Of a stretch of DNA of 64,000 nucleotides, positions 1 through 9,600 are shown one piece after another. The translations under genes were made by a program, and so were the position numbers. Numbering within the stretch: position 1 is the first letter of the stretch; every line of letters starts with the position of its first letter. This stretch comes from Vicinamibacteria bacterium (GTDB taxonomy: Bacteria > Acidobacteriota > Vicinamibacteria > Fen-336). Below the pieces are notes generated by a model that was not told the DNA's origin, searched no databases, and worked only from the letters and a program-made list of their open reading frames with translations. Location: contig DATMML010000030.1 of the NCBI GenBank assembly GCA_035570235.1, forward strand, positions 74,681 through 138,680, written 5' to 3'.

Positions 1-1201
<1,201 letters not shown>

Positions 1202-1581
1202 GACCGGCCATTGGGTTTGAAGAACGGGGGAGTGCCGGGAGGCCGCCGTCCGCGCGGCTCCCTGATGGAGCGCGAAGCACCGTCAGTATCTCACATCCCC
1301 GGGCCCAACGCGAATTCGACGGCTGGGGGGCTCAGTCCGGAAGCCACGGTCGCCCCGTCTCAAGAATCGGGTCTACCTTGATCGCCTCGAATGGTCCCTC
1401 CCCGATCAGGCCTAGGCGGCGATCACCTCGGAGGGGCGGAGGAGGTGCTGGCGGTACTCACGCCGCTCGGCCGGACCGAGAGGGCGTCGGGGAGCGGGGG
1501 CGCGTCGGCAGTGACGGCCACGTTGAGCCGAGTACCGCAACTGCTTGTTCTTTTGCATAGCCTCCGGACACGCTATCCTCT

Positions 1582-3645
1582 GTGCGCGGCAAACCAGTGT
1601 CACCAAAGGCAATATCACCCGTAGAGACTCCCCACGCAGGGCTTGCCCGCGCGGACCCAGCCCGGAACGCGGGGGGGGGGTTGCTCCTCATGGTGACCGT
1701 CGTTGCCAGCGTTCTGTTAGGGTTCCGGCCCGGAGTCTCTCCCGCGCAGCCCGGGCTTGATCCTTCTTGCGCGTTTGCTGCCAACTACGCAGCTGTGCGA
1801 GGCCAGCGTTGGGGACAAGAGTTCATTTCCACTCGCGGGCCATACGGCTGGGTCCTGCAGCCCGTGGATCTTGGCGACATTGCGCCGTACTGGTTCCTAA
1901 CCCAGATGGTTCTCGCCGCTGGGCTAGGGGTCGCGGCGGGAACCTATGTGTGGTCGGCGCCGGGGTTGGGGAGGGTCGGGCGCGTCCTGATGGGCCTGTC
2001 CCTGACCTACGTCGTGCACCTTGCCTTTTGGGACGAGTACCGCTGGTTCGCCTTGTTTCTGCTGCTCTTCCTCTTGGGTGTTCATGGCCAAGGCCGAGTG
2101 GGCCTCTTCGCGTCTGCCTTGGCCAGTGTCCTGGCGGGCTTCTTTCTCCTCATGAGGGTCTCGCTTGGCGTGGGCGCCCTCTTGGCGGTTGGCCTAGGCT
2201 GTCTGCTCCAGCGACGGGCCTCAGCAGTTATCTCTCGTCTGCTGTTAGTCAGTGGGTTTTTTTCCGCTGGCCTGCTGGTTCCCTGGGCGGCGCGATATGG
2301 CACTACTCGCGGTCTGGCGACTCATCTCGTTGTGAGTAGGGCGATTGCTTCAGGCTATTCCTCGGCCATGAGCCTCGCCCTGGAAGGTTGGGAGGTGGCG
2401 GCCGGGAGCTTCCTCGTCTTCTTCCTGCTTCTGGCCGCGTGGGCCGTCTTTCAGAGGCACGGCCGGGCATGTCTCTCGCTCGCCGGGTGCAGCTTCCCAC
2501 TGCTGGTGACCTGGAAGCATTCCGTGGTTCGCCAAGACGTACACGCGAGAGTCCTCGTCCTTTTCGGGCTTGTCATCGTAGCTGTGCTCATCACCGATTC
2601 ACTGACCGCGGAGCGTAGGTGGCGTGCTTCGCCCATCCTCGCCGGGGCTGTTGTGTCTTTGCTTGTGGCTTGGCTTCACTCTCCTGTCGACGACGGCCCT
2701 CCGGTGCAGACCTTGGTAAGAGCGCTGACCCAACCCCTCGGCCTGCCGGGGGTCGCGGGCTTGGAAGCCCTGGTTCAACTGCAGCATCATCGTGCCCATC
2801 TTGCCCAGCTTTCGATAAGAGCGCTCGAGCCGCTCGTGCTACCTACGGCTGAACGCGCGGTTCTCGCAGATTCCACGGTAGACGTGTACCCCTGGGAAGC
2901 TAGCTATGTGGCCGCCAATCATCTGAATTGGGCGAACCGCCCGTTTCCGACCTCCTTTCAAACCTACAACCCAGCGCTCGATCGGCTGAACGCGTCATTC
3001 TTCGACTCCCCGCGCCGACCGCAGCGGTTGCTGTGGCACAAGACCCCGGGCGAGCTTCTCCGCACACCGGGCGCAGCCGGCGTCGCCAGCATCGATGGCC
3101 GACACCTCTTTTGGGACGAGCCGCTCACCCTGGTGTCCATATTGAACCACTACGAGTTGGTGAGCGCCGGGAGTGTGTTCCTGCTTGCACCAAGGGCGGA
3201 ACCGCGCTTCCTGTCAAGACGGCAGATCGCGACGCTCACGGTCCCGTGGGGGGCCTGGACCCCGGTCCCCGACCGGCCCGGCGTCATACTCGCTGAGATT
3301 GGCCTTCGACGTCCCCCATCCGCTCAGCTCCGGCGTTTGCTCTTTCGGGAGGAGGAGATGTCCATTGACGTTCGATTCAGAGCCCGGCGGATGATTCACT
3401 GCCGCTTCATTCCGGACCAGGCTGCCAGCGGGCTGTGGATCAGCCCGCTTCCCCACAATGCAGCTAGCCTGGAGGCCCTGCTCAGCGGGGCACTCCCCGA
3501 ACAGGGGCAGGTGGCAGAGATCCGGTTCTGGAACGGGTGGCGAGGAGTGTCGGCACCCGATCTTCGCATCTCATGGGTGAACTTGGAAACGCGGGCTTTC
3601 AGCGCGTCGAGTCCCCTCGCCGTTTCCGACCGAGTGACCCCGTGA
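1582..3645 (+). CDS. Polytopic integral membrane protein with a large C-terminal soluble domain, function unknown. The start is uncertain (GTG 1582 or ATG 1690).
   Basis: Long ORF with many hydrophobic helices (LMVTVVASVLLGF, FALFLLLFLLGV, LVFFLLLAAWAVF…) followed by ~300 non-hydrophobic residues. Single-frame protein-like composition. Confidence 0.5.
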   Translation: MRGKPVSPKAISPVETPHAGLARADPARNAGGGLLLMVTVVASVLLGFRPGVSPAQPGLDPSCAFAANYAAVRGQRWGQEFISTRGPYGWVLQPVDLGDIAPYWFLTQMVLAAGLGVAAGTYVWSAPGLGRVGRVLMGLSLTYVVHLAFWDEYRWFALFLLLFLLGVHGQGRVGLFASALASVLAGFFLLMRVSLGVGALLAVGLGCLLQRRASAVISRLLLVSGFFSAGLLVPWAARYGTTRGLATHLVVSRAIASGYSSAMSLALEGWEVAAGSFLVFFLLLAAWAVFQRHGRACLSLAGCSFPLLVTWKHSVVRQDVHARVLVLFGLVIVAVLITDSLTAERRWRASPILAGAVVSLLVAWLHSPVDDGPPVQTLVRALTQPLGLPGVAGLEALVQLQHHRAHLAQLSIRALEPLVLPTAERAVLADSTVDVYPWEASYVAANHLNWANRPFPTSFQTYNPALDRLNASFFDSPRRPQRLLWHKTPGELLRTPGAAGVASIDGRHLFWDEPLTLVSILNHYELVSAGSVFLLAPRAEPRFLSRRQIATLTVPWGAWTPVPDRPGVILAEIGLRRPPSAQLRRLLFREEEMSIDVRFRARRMIHCRFIPDQAASGLWISPLPHNAASLEALLSGALPEQGQVAEIRFWNGWRGVSAPDLRISWVNLETRAFSASSPLAVSDRVTP
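1671..1680 (+). repeat. G10 homopolymeric tract between the GTG (1582) and first ATG (1690) of the downstream membrane-protein ORF
   Basis: Ten consecutive G at 1671-1680 (…gaacgc gggggggggg ttgctcctcATGgtg…). This is rare even at 69% GC. Confidence 0.9.
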
Positions 3646-4427
3646 ACCGGCAAGATCCTCGGTGCGGCTGCAATTGAGGTACTTCGCCCCCGAGGATGAT
3701 CCCCCCAAAAAGGAATCAGTCCCCTCAACACCTGCAGCCAGGGGCGGGGATGGCCGCACCTCCCTCAACCCTCTGGTTGAGGCTAGTCGGCACCAATGCA
3801 GCCCCTCGGGCCGCACTCCACGAGAGGCCAATGGACTTCCAGCGCCGGATGCCATTCACATCCCGAGTCCGCCGGCAGCTCCTGCCGTCCTTCCGGATGC
3901 GTCGGGCGAGAGACTCGACTAAGATTCACGTCGACCCGACCCCTCGGGGGGCGAGCCACTCGAGGCGCGCACCCTCCGCGGGCGCGTCCACCGGGGACGG
4001 GCGGGCGGGGCCGCGAACGGCGGCCCCTCAGTCACGAGCGGGGTTACCTGGCTCAACGTGCACGCCATCACGGACGGTTCGGGCGTTGCCGGCACCGAGT
4101 TCACGCGCTTTGCGGCACAGGGCGCGGCCGTGGGGCTGTGCTGCTCGGTCACTGGGTAGCCCGTTTCATTGCTCGATTTGCGAGAAGCCGCCGGAATCGA
4201 TTCCAGATCCGTGGCGGGGCACTGGGCTGGCCTCCCCGGTGGAGCGGAGCCACCGATCAGCGCCTACTGCGGGCTGGGCAGCCCAGGCGGAGCAGGAAGG
4301 CCGGCCGGTCGATTCGTCGATTCATCAAAGTCCACCGAGCAACGCACCCTTTGCTTCCTGAAGGCGATGTCATGAAGACCAGTTACCCTCAACAAAGCTC
4401 CGCACAAAGGCGACTACGCTAGCGCGC

Positions 4428-4847
4428 ATGGTATCGCGCTCCCTTGTCGAGACTCTGCTTCCGCGACGGCCCGAGCTCGACCGTGCCGCCCGCGCGCGAG
4501 TTCTCTCCGACGTCACCGACTTCGTGCAGCAGGCACTCGCCATGGCGCCTTGGCATTTGCGCATTGGCGTTAACGTTCTCACGCTGTGCCTAACCGCCTG
4601 GCTCTCAATCTACCTTGGCCTCACGCGTCTCCGCGCCATCACCCACGACATGGGAGAGCGTGCAATCGAGCTCTTTGAACGCATGCCGAATCCTGCTCCG
4701 GGTCTGGTCCGGCTCTACCGCTCGCTAGCCATGCTCGCCTTCTACGACCATCCAATCGTGATGGCTCTAATGGGGATCGAGTCCAGCGAGGAGCGTCAGA
4801 CCCGCTTTCGAGAGCTACGCCGAGGACTGGACGCAGGGATTCGATGA
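4428..4847 (+). CDS. Small hypothetical protein (one predicted TM helix), translationally coupled to the downstream GMC oxidoreductase
   Basis: ORF ends in ATGA, overlapping the start of the 4844 gene. Hydrophobic segment IGVNVLTLCLTAWLSIYLGL. No recognisable family. Confidence 0.45.
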   Translation: MVSRSLVETLLPRRPELDRAARARVLSDVTDFVQQALAMAPWHLRIGVNVLTLCLTAWLSIYLGLTRLRAITHDMGERAIELFERMPNPAPGLVRLYRSLAMLAFYDHPIVMALMGIESSEERQTRFRELRRGLDAGIR

Positions 4848-6367
4848 GCCCGTCTTATCGGCTTGATGGACCGGTCGAGACCGCTTGCGATGTCGTCGTC
4901 ATCGGCTCCGGTGCCGGCGGAGCGTGTGTTGCCGCAGTGTGCGCGGAGGCCGGTCTCGACGTCATCATGCTTGAGGAAGGCCCTTTCGTGCCTACCGAGC
5001 AAAAGCCGGCCCGCCTCACCACCGCGCTGCTGCGTCAGTGGCGCTGCAGCGGGCTCACCGCGGCACTCGGGCCGACGCCGGTGGCCTATGCCGAGGGTCG
5101 CTGCGTTGGCGGGAGCACGGAGATTAATGCCGCGGTGTTTCAGCGGACGCCGGACGAGCTGCTTGAGCGCTGGGCCCAGGACTATCGCATCGCCGATTTC
5201 GGCGCGGCAGCGCTGGCACCGCACCTCGATCGCGCGGCGAGAGTCGTTAACTCTTCTCTGACCCGGGGTCCGCTCGGTCGCGCTTCCGAGATCCTGCATG
5301 AGGCCGGAAGGAAGTTGGGGTGGCGTGCCACCCCCCTCGAGCGCGGCCAGCGGCATTGCGTCGGCACAAACATGTGTGCACATGGCTGCCCCACCGGCGC
5401 CAAGCAATCGATGAGCAACACACTACTCCCGGAGGCCCTGGCGCGGGGTATGCGCCTCTTCGCGGAGTGCCGCGCGACCCATCTGGTCGTGCGCGGTCGC
5501 CGGGCGATCGCGGTCGAGGCGATCGGAATGGGCGCGGACGGGCGGCGCCACCGAGCCACTTTACGACCTCGACTCGTGTTCCTCTGCGCGGGGGCCATCC
5601 ACACTCCGGCAATCCTTCGGCGGAGCGGGCTCAAGCGCCACGTGGGCGATACCCTGAGGATGCACCCGACCCTGAAATGCGTGGCGCTCTTCGACAAGCG
5701 GGTCGGGGCGTCTGACAGCCGGTTTCCCCTGTATGCGATCAGCGAGTTCATGCCGGATCAGCGACTGGGTGGGTCGATTGTGACGCCCGGATTCTTTGGC
5801 ATGATGTTGTCGGATTACTGGCAACATCGGAAGGATCTGGTTGCGGCGATGGACCGGGCGGGGGCGTATTACGCTATCGTTCGGGGTCAGGGCGTGGGCC
5901 GCATCAGGACGCTGCCGGGGGCGGTCGAACCAGTCGTTAGCTACAGGCTGGCGCCCCTTGATTGGGAAAACCTCGCAAAGGGGCTTGCCCGTATCGGTCG
6001 CGCCATGTTCGCGAGTGGCGCCACCGTCGTCTATCCCAGCATACGCGGCCACGCCGGGTGGCGCCGGCCCGAGGAGTGCGACGAATTCAATGTCAGGGGG
6101 CTACCGCAAAATCGAACCAGTCTAATGACGGTCCACCTGTCCAGCTCGTGCCCGCTGGGAGGTGACGATAGGCGCTCGGCAACTGACTCCTTCGGCCGCC
6201 TTCATGGCCACGAGAATGTCATCGTGGGCGACGCCAGCCAGCTTCCGGAAGCGCCCGGGATCAATCCCCAGGCGACGGTCATGGCGCTCGCTTTTCGAGC
6301 CGCAGAGCATGCCTTGGCTGGAGGACACGAGTTGTCTCGTCGCGCTTCTGCAGAAGCCAACCGGTGA
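4844..6367 (+). CDS. GMC-family FAD-dependent oxidoreductase
   Basis: N-terminal Rossmann motif DVVVIGSGAGGACVA. C-terminal GMC_oxred_C-like region (…HLSSSCPLGGDDRRSATDSFGRLHGHENVIVGDASQLPEAPGINPQATVMALAFRAAEHA). Confidence 0.85.
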   Translation: MSPSYRLDGPVETACDVVVIGSGAGGACVAAVCAEAGLDVIMLEEGPFVPTEQKPARLTTALLRQWRCSGLTAALGPTPVAYAEGRCVGGSTEINAAVFQRTPDELLERWAQDYRIADFGAAALAPHLDRAARVVNSSLTRGPLGRASEILHEAGRKLGWRATPLERGQRHCVGTNMCAHGCPTGAKQSMSNTLLPEALARGMRLFAECRATHLVVRGRRAIAVEAIGMGADGRRHRATLRPRLVFLCAGAIHTPAILRRSGLKRHVGDTLRMHPTLKCVALFDKRVGASDSRFPLYAISEFMPDQRLGGSIVTPGFFGMMLSDYWQHRKDLVAAMDRAGAYYAIVRGQGVGRIRTLPGAVEPVVSYRLAPLDWENLAKGLARIGRAMFASGATVVYPSIRGHAGWRRPEECDEFNVRGLPQNRTSLMTVHLSSSCPLGGDDRRSATDSFGRLHGHENVIVGDASQLPEAPGINPQATVMALAFRAAEHALAGGHELSRRASAEANR

Positions 6368-6612
6368 GCGATCGGAGGATACTCGCCCGGTACGACGCGA
6401 TCACGGTGGTGGAGACCGATCTAGACCGCGCAGAGCACCGCGGCGGTGGCCGCCGGGTGGGTCTCACGAGCCCGAGCCCGCCGATGGCACTGCTGACGAC
6501 CGTCTAGACCAAGCCGGACGCCCCTTCGAAACCCGAAGTAGCGGGAAAGTAACGGAACCGCCCGCCCCCCCCGTTCTCGAGGAGGGACTTGAAAGCTGTG
6601 ACTTGAAGGCTG

Positions 6613-6642
6613 TTGACATTCTCGCCCGCCTTAGGCTATAAC
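6613..6642 (+). promoter_or_regulatory. Candidate sigma70 promoter for the giant surface-protein gene
   Basis: TTGACA at 6613-6618, an 18-nt spacer and TATAAC at 6637-6642, about 55 nt upstream of the ATG at 6699. Confidence 0.4.
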
Positions 6643-6698
6643 CTGACTCCTCCCTCCGATCGCTTTAGGTCTTTAATCGTCCGCGGGTGGACGGCGTG

Positions 6699-9600
6699 AT
6701 GGGACGACGCGCTAACCCGACGACTCCCCGACGAAACCCCGCCTCGCCGTTGCTGGCCGTTGGTCTCGTCTGCTCTCTTGCCCTCGCGGGGCCCTTCGAA
6801 GTGCGGGCCGCGACGCCCAGCCCTGCGCCGTCAGGCCCCACGTCTCCGGGCTTGGGGTCCGACGAAGATCCCGACATTCCGCCCTTCCTCCGCGACATCG
6901 ACAAGGAGACCTACCTACGCCTCCGCGATGCCTTCATCGGGATGCTGCGGGGGTTCGACGACGCGAAGCTGCTCCCCTACAACCCGCGCCAAAGAGCGCT
7001 CGAGTTTTTGGAGCGCCAGCCCAAGTTCAGCGTGACCGCCCGTCCCACCACCCTTCCTCTGGCCAGCACCACGACCTGGACCGCGATCGGCCCCGCACCC
7101 ATCCCCAACGGGCAGACCGAGGGCGTGTCGAACCCCGTGACCGGCCGCATGACCGCCCTCGAGATCGATCCCACCAATACCAACCGGATTTATCTCGGCA
7201 CCGCTTTCGGAGGCGTATGGCGGTCCCTCGACGGAGGGACGAACTGGACCCCCATCTTTGATAGCGCTCAGTCCCTCGCCATTGGCGCCTTGGCTCTCGC
7301 TCCCTCCGACCCTACGATCCTCTACGTTGGCACGGGGGAGGCGAACGGCTCGCTAGACAGCTTTGCCGGGGTGGGCCTCTACCGCATCGACGCCGCTCCC
7401 ACGACGGCGACCCTCGTGGGGCCGATCAACCCCGTCCGGAACTACACCGCCGGCGACGGCACCACGCCCATAAGCAACCCTGTCTTTAACGGTCGGTCCG
7501 TCAGCCGGATCCTCGTTCACCCCACGGACCCCGCCACCCTGTTCGTGGGCACGGCAGGGGGGGTGATCGGTGAAGGGGGCGACGTTGCTTTGGGCGGCAG
7601 CATCCCCCCCCTGGGCATGCGGGGCCTTTACCGCCTGGGCAACGCCACGGGAGTGCCTGCCTCGGTCACGGTCGTCAAGCTGGCCGTCACCACCGCCGGC
7701 AGTGGCTTCGACACCCCGAACACCGGAAACCGGAACGTTTCCGATCTCATCTTCCCTGACCCCGCGGATCCCAATCAGCTCGGGGTCTGGATCCAGGGCA
7801 CGGCCAACCCCAGCGACGGGGGCATCTACCGCTCCAGCAACGCCCTGGCTGCCACCCCCACCTTCAGTCTTGTTCAGGGCACCACGGCGCCCGGTTCGGG
7901 AACCGTGCGGGGAGTCTTCGCCGGCTACAAGCAGGCCTCCACCCCGAACCTGGTCATCTATTCCGCGGCCGGCGAGTCCGTGACGGGGACGGGCTGCAAC
8001 GTCGCTGGAAACGCGGGCGCCCTTAGAGTCTCGATCGACGGGGGTCTCACCTGGTCGGCCAAGCTCGCGGGCGGGGGCGGTTTCTGCGGCAGCCAGTGCT
8101 TCTACAATTTTGGCCTGGACGTAAGGCCGGGCCCCAGCGCGGCCGTGACGGACGACCTCCTCTGGCTCGGTGGAAACATCACGGGAGGAACCACTCCCCC
8201 CTGCGCCCGTCTCCACGCCAAGTCGACCGATGGGGGGGCCACCTTCACGGATTCCGCCACCGGCCTCCACGCGGACACCCATTTCATAAAGGTCGATCCC
8301 GGCAACCCCAGCGTGGTCTATCACGGCAACGACGGGGGCATCTTCAAGTCGACCGACGGGGGGGCCTCCTGGGTGAGCCTCAACAGCAGTCCCTTGAGCG
8401 CCACGCAGTTTCAGAGTGTGTCCACCCACTCTGCGGACCCCAAGTACTCGATCGGCGGCACCCAGGACAACGGCACCAACATGTACACCACGGCCGCGGC
8501 CTGGAACCGTATCGACTTCGGGGATGGCGGCTACGCCCGCATCGACCAGAGCTCGGCTTCCACCTCCACCGTGACCATGTACCACACCTATTTCAATGCG
8601 ACCAACCAGCTGCTGGGCTACGCACGTGTGAACACGACCAGCTGCGCAACCGACGGCGGATGGTCGTTCAAGGGGCAGTATTCCGGCGGCGTTGATGCGA
8701 CCGTTCATTGCGATGGCAGCACCGACACCTTCAACGGCATCAGCCTCGGCGACAACGTGAACTTCTACGCGCCTGTGGAGCTTGGCCCGGGGAACCCCAA
8801 CACAGTTTACTTCGGCTCGGACCGTCTCTATCGTTCGACCAATCGTGGGGACACGGCCACACTGGTGAGCCAGGGGCCGATAACCGCCAACGTTCCCATC
8901 GACACCATCGCCATCTCCCGCAAGAACGACAGCTTCCGGATCGTAGGCCTGGGCCTTAACGTCACCACTGGGGTGGTAAACGGCCACGTCTGGGCTACCA
9001 CCACCGGCTCGAGCACGCTGACCGACGTGACCACAAACTTGCCGACTCCACTAAAACAGGTCCTGCGAGCGGTCTTCGATCCCAACGATGCCAGCGGAAA
9101 CACGGCCTATGTGTCGCTCGGTGGGTACTGGGGCAATGCTACCGGGCACGTCTACAAGACGACCAACCTGACCGCGGGCGCGGCGACGACCTGGAGCAGC
9201 GCCTCCGGCGGCGGCCTCACCAGCATTCCCGACGTGCCCGTTAACGGGCTGGCTATCGACCCTTTCAACTCCAACCACATCTTCGCCGGCACCGACATCG
9301 GGGTGTACTACTCGGCCGATGGGGGCGGGAGCTGGAACCCTCTTGGCTCGGCGCTCCCCCGCGTGCCCGTCTTCGAGCTGACCTTCAACAGCGACACCAA
9401 CCCGGCGACGCGGGTACTCCGCGTCGCCACTCACGGTCGTGGCCTCTGGGAGATCATCCCACCTCCGGCCGCGACCGCCGATCTCTCCATCACCAAAACC
9501 GACGGCCAGACCACGGCCGTGCCCGGCAATCCCCTCACCTACACGATCGTGGCCGCCAACGCCGGCCCCGACCCCGTGACCGGGGTGACGGTCACGGACA

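Noticed and set aside
3696-4422. Two overlapping plus ORFs (221 and 208 aa) in the 3.65-4.43 kb gap
   Set aside because: They are mutually overlapping and Arg/Pro/Ser/Gly-rich, with no start context or motif. Treated as non-coding or pseudogene territory (see finding).
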